From assembly GCA_963666345.1 (NCBI GenBank), contig OY762721.1, forward strand, positions 2,336,001 to 2,400,000: a stretch of 64,000 nt of DNA. Direction: 5' to 3'. The first letter of the stretch is position 1, and every line of letters starts with the position of its first letter. This DNA is from Desulfatiglandales bacterium (GTDB lineage: Bacteria; Desulfobacterota; DSM-4660; Desulfatiglandales; Desulfatiglandaceae). The translations under genes and the position numbers were made by a program. The notes under the pieces were generated by a model that ran no database searches, was not told the DNA's origin, and saw nothing but the letters and a program-made list of their open reading frames with translations. Shown here piece by piece: positions 10,238 through 19,854 of the stretch.

Positions 10238-10985
10238 CACTTCGGCTCAAATATCAAAAAGCGGGGAACCCTGGAAAAAATTTGAATTAGAATCTCTTTC
10301 CTCCGATGCTTTAACCGGAGACAGAGATAATCCGGACTTTATTCAACTGCAAACAGCTATTACAGAAAAAAATGCTTTTATTCCATTTGAAAGTGGCGAA
10401 GGTGGTCTTAAGGAAAAAATAGGAACAGAGGTTATATTGCAGGAAGCCCTGAAAAAGGCCGCTTATATAGAACAGGAGGCCTATGAGAAAGGCTTTGCCC
10501 AGGGAGAAAAGGACGGGTTGGAATTGGGAGAGAAAAGGGCTGCAAAGATTGCTGAAAATATTGAAAATATTTTGATTGAATTGAAACGGCTGAAGGAGGA
10601 AATCCCAAGAAAATATGAAAAGGAAATACTCAGCCTTATCTTTGCCATTACCAAAAAGATCGTCCACTGTGAGATCGCTTCTAATGAAACCGCCATAAAA
10701 GAAACCATCTCTGATGCGCTTAATTTCGCGGCCGAAAAAAGCGAAATTGTCTTAAGTGTCAATCCCGAAGATTTTGAGTATGTCAATAAATTGCGGAGGC
10801 AGTTTTTCTCCGAGATCAAAGACCTGAAGTCAATATCTATCAATTCGGATCTTTCTATTACCCGAGGCGGTTGCTTTTTGGAAACTTCTCATGGTGAGAT
10901 AGATTCAACCGTTGAAACTCGGCTGATGAAAATCTACCAGAATATGGAAGAACGCTTCGATGATCAAGGAGAGGCTTATTCCTGA
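10221..10985 (+). CDS. fliH: Export ATPase regulator FliH
   Basis: GxxxG repeats (EKGFAQGEKDG), GGCFLET..GEIDS; lies between fliG and fliI. Confidence 0.9.
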   Translation: MTFLYSTSAQISKSGEPWKKFELESLSSDALTGDRDNPDFIQLQTAITEKNAFIPFESGEGGLKEKIGTEVILQEALKKAAYIEQEAYEKGFAQGEKDGLELGEKRAAKIAENIENILIELKRLKEEIPRKYEKEILSLIFAITKKIVHCEIASNETAIKETISDALNFAAEKSEIVLSVNPEDFEYVNKLRRQFFSEIKDLKSISINSDLSITRGGCFLETSHGEIDSTVETRLMKIYQNMEERFDDQGEAYS

Positions 10986-11033
10986 TATGTCCGACATGAA
11001 ATGGACAGTCCGAAATCAAAAGGAAGTTCCGAA

Positions 11034-12368
11034 ATGACAGATGCCGAAATATCATGGGACAAATATCTGAACGCCGTATGCTCATGCCAGCCCGTCAGCT
11101 TGGCAGGAAAGATAGTAAAGGTCGCCGGAATTGTGGCCGAGGCGAATGGCCCCGGCCTAAGTATAGGGAGCCTTTGTGAGATAAGCATTTCGGACGGTCT
11201 CAGCATCCGGGCGGAAGTTGTAGGGTTTAACGACAAAAGGGTAATCGTGATGCCCTTCGGTGAAACGAGAGGGATAAGTCCGGGGAGCCGAATTGTAGCA
11301 TTAAGTAACAGACCAACAGTTGATGTGGGCGAGGAATACCTGGGAAGGGTCATAGATGGCCTTGGTCAACCCATTGACGGGAAAGGTATAATAAAGGGGG
11401 ATAAAAAATATCTGATCTATGGAGATCTGCTTAATCCTTTAAAAAGAGACATTATCAACGAAGCGTTGGATGTCGGGATAAGTTCCGTCAATGCGCTTCT
11501 GACTGTTGGAAAGGGCCAAAGGATCGCCATAATGGCAGGGTCCGGTGTGGGCAAGAGTGTCCTAATGGGTATGATAGCCCGATATACTTCAGCCGATGTC
11601 ATTGTTATAGCATTGATCGGAGAGCGCGGCAGAGAGGTCAGGGAATTTATCGAAAGGACCCTTGGGGAAGAAGGTCTTAAAAAATCGGTTGTCGTAGTGG
11701 CTACCTCTGACTCCCCTCCTCTGCTGAGGATAAGAGGGGCTTACGTGGCTACCACGCTGGCGGAATACTTCAGGGACAAAGGTCTGGATGTCATCCTGGT
11801 AATGGATTCAATTACCAGATTCGCCATGTCTTTAAGGGAGGTAGGTCTGGCCGCAGGGGAGCCGCCTTCTGCGAAAGGCTATACCCCGAGTGTTTTTGGG
11901 CAGATCCCAAAACTCCTTGAAAGGGCCGGAACGGTCGAGAAACAGGGCAGTATTACAGGCATATATAACGTGTTGGCTGAAGGCGATGACATGAATGACC
12001 CTATAGCCGACTGTGTCCGATCCATAACAGATGGACATATCGTGCTGTCGCGCAGTCTTGCCGATAGAGGTCATTATCCGGCTGTGGATGTATTGGCAAG
12101 TATCAGCAGGGTAATGACGGATATTATAGAACCGGAACACTATGACAATGCCAGACGATTGATCCAGGTTCTTTCCACTTACATGGGGGCGGAGGATCTT
12201 ATCAGAATAGGGGCCTATGTGGATGGCAGCGATCCGGACATAGACATGGCCAGAAAGCTTATAGGGAAAATTAATGCATTCCTTCAGCAGGGTATCTCCC
12301 AGAAGGTGAGCTTAAAAGAAAGTGTGGCTCTTTTGAAGGGGCTGTTTGCGGATCGGATTGACCAGTGA
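11034..12368 (+). CDS. fliI: Flagellar export ATPase FliI
   Basis: GSGVGKS, LIGERGREVREF, MDSITRFA, GHYPAVDV. Alternative start at 11001. Confidence 0.97.
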   Translation: MTDAEISWDKYLNAVCSCQPVSLAGKIVKVAGIVAEANGPGLSIGSLCEISISDGLSIRAEVVGFNDKRVIVMPFGETRGISPGSRIVALSNRPTVDVGEEYLGRVIDGLGQPIDGKGIIKGDKKYLIYGDLLNPLKRDIINEALDVGISSVNALLTVGKGQRIAIMAGSGVGKSVLMGMIARYTSADVIVIALIGERGREVREFIERTLGEEGLKKSVVVVATSDSPPLLRIRGAYVATTLAEYFRDKGLDVILVMDSITRFAMSLREVGLAAGEPPSAKGYTPSVFGQIPKLLERAGTVEKQGSITGIYNVLAEGDDMNDPIADCVRSITDGHIVLSRSLADRGHYPAVDVLASISRVMTDIIEPEHYDNARRLIQVLSTYMGAEDLIRIGAYVDGSDPDIDMARKLIGKINAFLQQGISQKVSLKESVALLKGLFADRIDQ

Positions 12369-12808
12369 GAAGATTTTCCTTCAGGCTCGAAAATATACTT
12401 AAATATCGAAATCATATGGAAAAAAAAGCGCAGAAAGACTTGCTGGATGCCAGGAATGAGTATTTGGAAAGGGAGAACGAAGTTGAGGGACTTGCCAGTA
12501 AAAGAATAGACAGCATAACCAAATGCAGGAATGAGGCTATAAGGGGAGTGAATGTACCCATCTATAAACTCTATCAGGTATTTCTGCAAAAACTGGATCA
12601 TGATCTTGAACAGGCTCATATGCGCCTTCAGAAAGGAAAAGAGAAGGTAGAGGCACGGGCGGAAATATTAAAGGGGGAATCGATAAAAAAACGGGCATTA
12701 GAGACTTTAAAGGATTTGCAGTTAAGAAATTTCACAAAAGACATGGAGCAAGAGGAGCAAAAGTCTATGGATGAAATGATTGCCATAAGAAAGGGCGGGG
12801 AAAAATGA
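12365..12808 (+). CDS. fliJ: Export protein FliJ
   Basis: FSFRLENIL N-terminus, EQKSMDE C-terminus; follows fliI. Confidence 0.9.
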   Translation: MRRFSFRLENILKYRNHMEKKAQKDLLDARNEYLERENEVEGLASKRIDSITKCRNEAIRGVNVPIYKLYQVFLQKLDHDLEQAHMRLQKGKEKVEARAEILKGESIKKRALETLKDLQLRNFTKDMEQEEQKSMDEMIAIRKGGEK

Positions 12809-13416
12809 AACTGCTGATTCAGACTCTTCTGACCTCTCTGATCATGGTAAAAATAGTCTTAGGGTCCCTTTTCATTTACCAGATCGAATTCGCTCCAATA
12901 TTCACGGAACCTATTGCCATAGCCTCTGAAATCCAAAAAGTTCCAGAAGGAGCGATAAAGGTCGTGGAAAAAAATCCGGATACTGTCCTGTCCGCCCCTG
13001 CCGGAGAAACAGGCGAATTTCAATCAGGCGGGGAAGAGACGATCGATTTGAGTTTGCTAAAGAAACAAAGAGAGGGGCTTAAGGAAAAGGAACGGTATCT
13101 TGAAAAAAGAGAGAGACAGCTTGTTGCCCTTCAGTCGGAGATAAACGATAAGATAGATATCCTCACTCGGTTGAGGAATGAGATAAGGGCAGAAATAGCC
13201 AAGAAAAAGACAGATGAAGAGAAGAAGATCAGACACCTCATAAAGATATACTCCGCCATGAAACCAATGAAGGCGGCAGGCTTGCTTGAAAAGATCGACA
13301 TAAAACTTGCGATTGAACTGCTTTCAAAGATGAAAGGCGATACGGTTGGAAGCATCCTCTCATTTGTTGATGTGGAGAAGGCCGCTAAAATAAGTGAGGG
13401 CCTTCTCAAAAAATAG
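12805..13416 (+). CDS. MotE/YlxF/FlgY-like protein (coiled coil + MgtE-N-like domain)
   Basis: N-terminal hydrophobic segment, coiled coil, LIKIYSAMKPMKAAGLL..ILS..AAKI; position after fliJ. Confidence 0.8.
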   Translation: MKLLIQTLLTSLIMVKIVLGSLFIYQIEFAPIFTEPIAIASEIQKVPEGAIKVVEKNPDTVLSAPAGETGEFQSGGEETIDLSLLKKQREGLKEKERYLEKRERQLVALQSEINDKIDILTRLRNEIRAEIAKKKTDEEKKIRHLIKIYSAMKPMKAAGLLEKIDIKLAIELLSKMKGDTVGSILSFVDVEKAAKISEGLLKK

Positions 13417-13637
13417 GCTTTCAGGAAGGCAGGGCTCAAAGTCTCAGCATGAACCGGCTAATGGTTGCATTTTTTTATGGATAGATCAAAAAGAATTCGT
13501 ATTCGCAACTATGTCCCACAGGCGGAATCTTTTTGCCGTCTATTCAAAGGTAACGGGCCTGAATGCTATTATTGCATGGGCCTTTATCTTGGTTGATGAT
13601 ATCGTTGAGATGGAAAAGGCTGAAATAGGAGATGAAA

Positions 13638-13829
13638 TCAGATATAGAGATCTATAAATACCCCTTTTTCCCGGAATCTATCGGATTCATGTCCTCCAGT
13701 ATTGTCAGGGGCAACAAAATCTGGCGTTTTTTGAACGGGCAGGTCGTTGGTCGGACTTTTTTGAAGCGCGACATCTTTTGACGGGACGATTACCGTTAAT
13801 GGCCAAACATTACCGATCCCCACAGTCAT
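13638..13829 (-). CDS. Small hypothetical protein (63 aa) ending KGVFIDLYI
   Basis: Strong SD AAGGAGG before the ATG at 13829; divergent from fliK. Confidence 0.65.
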   Translation of the reverse strand: MTVGIGNVWPLTVIVPSKDVALQKSPTNDLPVQKTPDFVAPDNTGGHESDRFREKGVFIDLYI

Positions 13830-13898
13830 TTCTAGTCGCCTCCTTTTCAAAGATTACAATTTTTATCATAATGGATATCAGATATCAACTGGCGGACA

Positions 13899-13945
13899 GG
13901 GAAATATTTTCCTTGCGGATCCGTTTTTGTGGGTAAATTATTTCC
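13899..13945. promoter_or_regulatory. Two candidate enhancer sites GG(G/T)A-W6-TTCC
   Basis: GGGAAATATTTTCC (13899-13912) and GGTAAATTATTTCC (13932-13945) upstream of the fliK sigma54 promoter. Confidence 0.45.
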
Positions 13946-14032
13946 CTTTAAATATTTTCACCTTTTGAATTCCATCAGGATTGCTGCCTTAAGACTTTGT
14001 ATTGATTGATTTTTCCGATAGCCCCTCCCTTT

Positions 14033-14048
14033 TGGTACGACCCTTGCT
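14033..14048 (+). promoter_or_regulatory. Sigma54 promoter for fliK-flgD-flgE
   Basis: TGGTACGACCCTTGCT. Confidence 0.8.
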
Positions 14049-14096
14049 ATTACATTGTACAAATCCTCCCTAAAAAAAGGATCGGTAAAGAATTAA

Positions 14097-15791
14097 ATGA
14101 TGAGCCCTATGATCTTACAAAATGTTTTATTGCCGATTAATTGCCTGAGACACAACCTTGAGGTCGAATCAAGGTCGGTGAAAGGCGTGGGGGATTTTTT
14201 GGCCTCTATCAAAGAATCTCTGGATATGAAACAGGAAAGCTCCTTTTGCGACTCCACCAGGTTGATTCAAGGGAGACCGGCTTCGGAAAAAGGATATAAA
14301 TCCTATGTCGAATCTCTTAAAAACAGCCTCCTGGCCGGGGGAAAACCTCTAACCTCGCTATCTTTGAAAGGCAAAGAATCTTTTGTTCTGAAAAAATTTC
14401 TTTTTCATTGCGGTTTTTCTAGGGAAGGCATTGAAAAAATTCTAGAGGGTCTTGCAGATAACAATCCCAAGGGGGAGATCGATCTGTCTCAATTTCTCAA
14501 TAAGGTGGCTGAATTTGAACCTCACAAAAAAAAGGCAAGTCAACCGGCCTCGTTGGATATTTCGGTTGTTCCCTATGTCGAATCGATATTGAGATCTTTC
14601 GGACTTTCACCAAAAGAACTGGGCCATGCATTTAGTTCCGCGAAGACTGAATGCGGCAATCTCGATCTAAAAAGATTTGTCATAGAATTAAAGCAGATCA
14701 ACAATCAGATAAAGCAAGCAGATCCGGAAAAGTCTGCTGTCGACGCTACTATTGATCGAGATATGTTTGTTAAGGTCTTGAGAAAAATCGAAGGGGCAGG
14801 GATTCGAATTCCTGACAAGGAAACAGGTGCGCAGATTACAATCAAGGACCTGATTACGGCACTCGAACGGATAACGGGAGATGGGGGCGAAGGAGGTCAA
14901 TTACCAGGGGATCTTAAAACTACAATCGACCAGATAGTTGAAAAAGCGGCTGTTCCCGCAGAAATGGAGGAGTCAGTTTCTCCTCTGCAAACATCATCTA
15001 AACTGAGATTAGCCGCCTTATATTCGCATGAAATAACAGATAAAAGAAATGGGGTCTCAGAAAAAACAAGTTTCCCATCAATATCGGAAGAGAGAAATAT
15101 CTCGGCTGGAAATGATACCGCCTTATCGGTTTCGAACAAGAAAGACAAAACAGGGGCAAGGGAAAATATCCTGACCCTAATTGATAAAAATCCTTCCGTG
15201 GATGCCGAAAATGGACAGGAAAAATCAAAAGCGCCTTTTCCCTTAAGAAGCGCCGAATCATTTCCCGGTTCGGATATCCCATCCGGTGCTGCGAATTTTT
15301 CCTCCTCGGATATGGTCAATAGCGCCAAACAAGAGTCAAAAATGACGCGCGAGCCATTACCTGCCTATTTGCTCAATCAAGTGGGAAGGCAGATATCCAG
15401 GTCTATACTTAGAGGTGAGAGTGTCGTCAAGTTGCAATTGCACCCCCCGGAGTTGGGTGGCGTGAAGGTCGATATGGATATTAACGGCAGAACCCTAAAG
15501 CTCGGGATGATAATTGAGAATAGTTCGGTAAAGGAACTTCTGCTGTCAAGTGCCCATGAACTGAAACAGGCACTGGTGGAACAGGGGATAAAGCTTGATA
15601 AATTGGACGTTCAGGTCAATTACGATTCCGGGCACTCCTTGAATAACTCGAATGAATCTTCAGGCCGGAAACAGAGTCGGGGCAAGGAGGCAAACTGGAT
15701 TTCATCAATTGAAGAAAGTATTTCGGAAGAATCAAAAATTATGCAGCGGATTATGTTAAGAGGCGATCGTTTGGTGGATTTATTGGCATAA
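14097..15791 (+). CDS. fliK: Hook-length control protein FliK
   Basis: LQLHPPELGGVKV, ELKQALVEQGI, terminal VDLLA; precedes flgD. Confidence 0.92.
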   Translation: MMSPMILQNVLLPINCLRHNLEVESRSVKGVGDFLASIKESLDMKQESSFCDSTRLIQGRPASEKGYKSYVESLKNSLLAGGKPLTSLSLKGKESFVLKKFLFHCGFSREGIEKILEGLADNNPKGEIDLSQFLNKVAEFEPHKKKASQPASLDISVVPYVESILRSFGLSPKELGHAFSSAKTECGNLDLKRFVIELKQINNQIKQADPEKSAVDATIDRDMFVKVLRKIEGAGIRIPDKETGAQITIKDLITALERITGDGGEGGQLPGDLKTTIDQIVEKAAVPAEMEESVSPLQTSSKLRLAALYSHEITDKRNGVSEKTSFPSISEERNISAGNDTALSVSNKKDKTGARENILTLIDKNPSVDAENGQEKSKAPFPLRSAESFPGSDIPSGAANFSSSDMVNSAKQESKMTREPLPAYLLNQVGRQISRSILRGESVVKLQLHPPELGGVKVDMDINGRTLKLGMIIENSSVKELLLSSAHELKQALVEQGIKLDKLDVQVNYDSGHSLNNSNESSGRKQSRGKEANWISSIEESISEESKIMQRIMLRGDRLVDLLA

Positions 15792-15943
15792 AAATGAAAT
15801 TTCCCGGCTTTAAGCCGGAGAACCGAGTATAGGCCCCAGTCGAACCAAAACGATCATGAGCGTTTAGCCCTGCCGTTCATACCTGCAGCGCAACGTAACC
15901 AAACAGAATATTACGGCCGAGGAGAATTAGGAAAGGAGTTGAT

Positions 15944-16615
15944 ATGTATATAGATACGATCGGGACAACTTACGGAGACACATTATCTTCCGCCACGTCA
16001 GCCGATGATCTCGGGAGGGAAGATTTTCTGACGTTACTTGTAGCCCAACTGGAGCATCAGGATCCCTTGAACCCTCTTGAGAGTACGGAATTCACGTCTC
16101 AATTGGCCCAATACAGCAGCCTTGAGCAGCTTTTTAGCGTCAACCAGAATCTTGAGTCGATAAATTCAGATCAACAGGAAGCATCCAAGTTGCAGTCTCT
16201 TGATCTTATCGGAAAACAGATCGTGGCTGAAGGCGAAACCCTGTTATTAGAACAGGGGGAAACTTCCATGGGAAGCTTTAATCTGGATGAGGTGGCTGAA
16301 TGCAGTGTGCTGATAACAGACGCAGACGGTTATTACGTCAGGGAAATATCGCTTGATTACCTTGACCCGGGGTTACATGATTTTGAGTGGGACGGCCGTG
16401 ATGATTCGGGAAACATGCAGGAGTCAGGTTCTTACAATTTCGAGATCATAGCCGTGAATGAGGAAGGTAATATCCTTTCCGTGGACAAAATGATCACGGG
16501 TAAAGTAACCGGGGTGGACTTGGGAGGGGCGACTCCCATCCTCTACATGGGCGAAATTCCCATAGGCCTGTCACAGATCGTGGATATCAGTTCCCCTGAA
16601 TCCGAGGCGATATAA
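15944..16615 (+). CDS. flgD: Hook cap protein FlgD
   Basis: FLTLLVAQLEHQDPLNP, QLAQYSSLEQ, WDGRDDSG. Confidence 0.97.
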   Translation: MYIDTIGTTYGDTLSSATSADDLGREDFLTLLVAQLEHQDPLNPLESTEFTSQLAQYSSLEQLFSVNQNLESINSDQQEASKLQSLDLIGKQIVAEGETLLLEQGETSMGSFNLDEVAECSVLITDADGYYVREISLDYLDPGLHDFEWDGRDDSGNMQESGSYNFEIIAVNEEGNILSVDKMITGKVTGVDLGGATPILYMGEIPIGLSQIVDISSPESEAI

Positions 16616-16665
16616 ACGAGACAAACCAAGCTCACAATTAGTACCAAGAAAAGGAGGATAAAAGG

Positions 16666-18078
16666 ATGGCACTATCAAGCGCACTCTTTTCAGGAATCAG
16701 CGGGCTCGGCACCCTTGGAAATGCCATGCAGATCATCGGTGATAATATCTCCAATGTAAACACGGTAGGATTTAAGAGCAGCCAGTTTACCTTTCAGGAT
16801 CTCCTGAGTCAGTCTGTCGCTACCCAGTCAGGGACATCACAGATAGGAAGGGGAACCGCCATCGGGGATATTTACGCCTCTTTTGAGCAGGGCTCCTTTG
16901 AGACTACCGGCAGCAACACTGATCTTGCAATCGGCGGCGAAGGATTTTTTGTTTTAAGGGAGGCCGGAAGCGAAAGTCTCAGTTACACGAGAGCCGGCAA
17001 TTTTCGCCTTGATAAGGATGGTTACCTGACAAATCCTGAAGGCTATATTGTTCAAGGATGGGAGCTGGATGCGAACGCGGACGACGTCGGCTCGGTTACC
17101 GATGTTTGCCTGAGTTCTTTTACCTCACCACCTCAAGAGTCCCAGGAGGTTGAGATTATCGTCAACCTCGATTCAGATGGCGGTGATAATTCCGCGGGAG
17201 CGGATGATTCTCTGTCCAGTACATGGGACGGAACGAATAGCACCCCTCTTGGCGAGACCTCTTATGAATACCAGACAACATTGAAGGTTTATGATTCCCT
17301 GGGAAGTACTCATGATATTACCCTTTATTTTGATAAGGCCGATACCGGATCGGCCTATGAGTTTATAATCACCTGCAATGCGGGCGAAGATAAAAGAACC
17401 GGTGCCTCCGGAAATCAATGGGCCGGATTGCTTGGAAGGGGTCTGATTCATTTCAACTCCGGCTCCGGAGTCATAAATGATATCGATATGTGGCAGATAA
17501 ACCCTGCCACAGGTGCCTCGGTAGCTCAGACAGAGGCAGGTGACCTGACAGAAGGGTTTTTCACTTTTGAGTCGGACTTTATTTCAGGGAGCCCTATGAA
17601 TATCGCACTCGATTTTGGTTCACATTATGATGGAACCAGTTGGATGAATAATTCCCTGTCTACAACGCAGTTTGCAAGGTCATCAACTACCACATTCCAA
17701 TCAAGCGATGGTTATGGAGCCGGTGATCTGCAGGATATAAATGTGGATGTGGACGGCGTTGTAACTGGGACATACTCCAACGGACAGGTATTACCCCTTT
17801 ATCGGGTTGCATTGGCCAAGTTCCAGAACAACCTGGGATTGTATAAGGAGGGTGGAAATCTTTACAAGGAAACAAGAACAAGCGGGGCGGCCACCACGAG
17901 CAGTCCGGGAACTAACGGCCTCGGCAGTCTGGCTCCCAATTCTCTTGAGCAATCCAATGTCGATATCGCCAACGAGTTTGTCAGAATGATCACGACACAA
18001 AGGGGATTCCAGGCCAATTCCAAGATTATCACGGTAACAGACCAGATGCTTGCGGATCTCATCAATCTGAAGAGGTAG
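16666..18078 (+). CDS. flgE: Hook protein FlgE
   Basis: GDNISNVNTVGFK, YTRAGNF, VYDSLG, LEQSNVD, QRGFQANSK. Confidence 0.97.
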   Translation: MALSSALFSGISGLGTLGNAMQIIGDNISNVNTVGFKSSQFTFQDLLSQSVATQSGTSQIGRGTAIGDIYASFEQGSFETTGSNTDLAIGGEGFFVLREAGSESLSYTRAGNFRLDKDGYLTNPEGYIVQGWELDANADDVGSVTDVCLSSFTSPPQESQEVEIIVNLDSDGGDNSAGADDSLSSTWDGTNSTPLGETSYEYQTTLKVYDSLGSTHDITLYFDKADTGSAYEFIITCNAGEDKRTGASGNQWAGLLGRGLIHFNSGSGVINDIDMWQINPATGASVAQTEAGDLTEGFFTFESDFISGSPMNIALDFGSHYDGTSWMNNSLSTTQFARSSTTTFQSSDGYGAGDLQDINVDVDGVVTGTYSNGQVLPLYRVALAKFQNNLGLYKEGGNLYKETRTSGAATTSSPGTNGLGSLAPNSLEQSNVDIANEFVRMITTQRGFQANSKIITVTDQMLADLINLKR

Positions 18079-18085
18079 TCGGTGA

Positions 18086-18117
18086 GAGGCGGGTGTCAAG
18101 AAGCTGACGCTCGCCTC
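18086..18117 (+). terminator. Stem-loop after flgE (possible terminator)
   Basis: GAGGCGGGTGTCA-AGAAGC-TGACGCTCGCCTC, a 13-bp stem with G-U pairs; weak U tract. Confidence 0.5.
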
Positions 18118-18252
18118 ATTCCTTGACGCAGCTTCAATTTTAAAAATCCAAAATTTAAAGATATGCCATCGGTCATAAAGATGCACCGCCATATCTATCT
18201 GTAACATCTCACCTTTTACCCTTCAGAAATATAGCCCTCTTATCAATCCAAA

Positions 18253-18268
18253 TGGCACAAAGATTGCT
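18253..18268 (+). promoter_or_regulatory. Sigma54 promoter for the motA operon
   Basis: TGGCACAAAGATTGCT, near-perfect consensus. Confidence 0.88.
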
Positions 18269-18322
18269 GTATATCCGTGAAGAATGTCAGCATCAGTTCA
18301 ACGAAAAGCTTGAGGAGACTTT

Positions 18323-19081
18323 ATGGATATTGCCACGGTTTTAGGCGTTATATCTGCATTCGGCCTTGTATCGGTTGCTATTTTCATGGGCGGTGGGATT
18401 CAGCTGTTTATAAATATTCCTTCATTGATGATAGTCGTTGGCGGCACCCTCGGGACGACGATGATTAATTATCCCTTAAAGGAGGTATTCGGTGTCTTAA
18501 GCGTTGTCAAAAAGGCCTTTCTTTCAAAGAAGGTCTCCGCAGACGATCTCATCAAAAAGTTCCTGAATTTTGCCGTTAAAGCCCGCAAAGAGGGCATTTT
18601 GTCATTAGAAAACGAAATTAAGGACGTTAATGATGAATTTCTGAAAAAGGGAGTGCAGTTATCCATCGACGGATTGGAACCCCAGGAGATCGGCGGTCTC
18701 CTGGAGACGGAGCTCGAATTCATCAAGGCCAGGCACCAGTTAGGGGCGGAAATCTTTACCACCATGGGGACATTCGCCCCTGCCCTCGGCATGATCGGAA
18801 CCCTTATCGGATTAGTCCAGATGCTCCAGAGCATGGATGATCCCAGTACCATAGGCCCGGCAATGGCAGTGGCGCTGCTTACGACCTTCTATGGCTCCAT
18901 CCTGGCCAATATCGTTTGTATGCCCATAGCGGGAAAGCTCAGAACCAGAAGCAATGAAGAGTCTTTGCTGAAGGAGCTGACGATTCAAGGAGTATTGTCC
19001 CTTTCAAATGGCGATAATCCGAGGATCCTTGAACAGAAGCTCCATGCCTTTATTTCCCCTAATCAGAGGGAGTCTTATTAG
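18323..19081 (+). CDS. motA: Stator A subunit (MotA/PomA type)
   Basis: ARKEGILSLE, APALGMIGTLIGL, ALLTTFYG, GDNPR. Confidence 0.95.
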   Translation: MDIATVLGVISAFGLVSVAIFMGGGIQLFINIPSLMIVVGGTLGTTMINYPLKEVFGVLSVVKKAFLSKKVSADDLIKKFLNFAVKARKEGILSLENEIKDVNDEFLKKGVQLSIDGLEPQEIGGLLETELEFIKARHQLGAEIFTTMGTFAPALGMIGTLIGLVQMLQSMDDPSTIGPAMAVALLTTFYGSILANIVCMPIAGKLRTRSNEESLLKELTIQGVLSLSNGDNPRILEQKLHAFISPNQRESY

Positions 19082-19140
19082 ACAATGGGTAGGAAGAAAC
19101 GAATAACGATAAAGGGGCTGAAACGAACGTAGGGGCACTT

Positions 19141-19851
19141 ATGACAGTTTCCCTTTTCCTTATACTCCTGACCTTCTTTATCCTGCTTAACTCCATAGCA
19201 GTGTTGGACGAAAAGCGAATTAGACTTAGTATAGGTTCACTTATAGGGTCCTTCGGCAGCCTCAGCGGCGGTTTATCAGCATCTAAAGCAGGTGAACTGG
19301 CTCTTCCTCCTTCCGCCCCCATGATGGAAAAGGGATTGGCCATGAGTAAGTTATTATCGCTCATGAACAGGGATTTTGCGGACCAGATTAGGTTAGAAGT
19401 GAATGACGGAGAAGAAATGATAACCCTCAATGAAAAAATTCTCTTTGATAAAGATAAATCAAGACTAAGGACATCTTCATACCCTGCATTACGCTGTATA
19501 TGCGATTTAATGAAAAACGGGGATTATCCCGTGGAAATCCTCGGGCATACGGCCGGCATTCCGGCGGAAGAAAAGGGATATGAATCCAACTGGGAACTTT
19601 CCACTCTGATGGCGATGCAGGTGTTCAGGTATTTTACGGCAGTGGGAAATATCAATGCCGACAGGCTTGAAGCGTTTGGATGCGGCAGCCACAGGCCAAT
19701 TGCCTCTAATGATACAAGGCTTTCAAGGGAGAAAAACGCAAGAGTCGAAATTGTATTACATATTAATGCCCCTGCTTACGCCAGAAGAATTTTCATGAAG
19801 AAACCATCGGGGATCTTTACCTATAAAAAGTTTGACTTCAGGATTTTTTGA
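19141..19851 (+). CDS. motB: Atypical MotB-like protein lacking the ion-binding Asp; probable 5' frameshift (likely native start 19085)
   Basis: TM SLFLILLTFFILLNS; OmpA-like GHTA, SNWELS, NARVEI; upstream MGRKK is out of frame. Confidence 0.75.
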   Translation: MTVSLFLILLTFFILLNSIAVLDEKRIRLSIGSLIGSFGSLSGGLSASKAGELALPPSAPMMEKGLAMSKLLSLMNRDFADQIRLEVNDGEEMITLNEKILFDKDKSRLRTSSYPALRCICDLMKNGDYPVEILGHTAGIPAEEKGYESNWELSTLMAMQVFRYFTAVGNINADRLEAFGCGSHRPIASNDTRLSREKNARVEIVLHINAPAYARRIFMKKPSGIFTYKKFDFRIF

Positions 19852-19854
19852 AAA

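Noticed and set aside
13394..13657. 87-aa plus-strand ORF after the motE-like gene
   Set aside because: No convincing SD or motif, and it overlaps both neighbouring genes.
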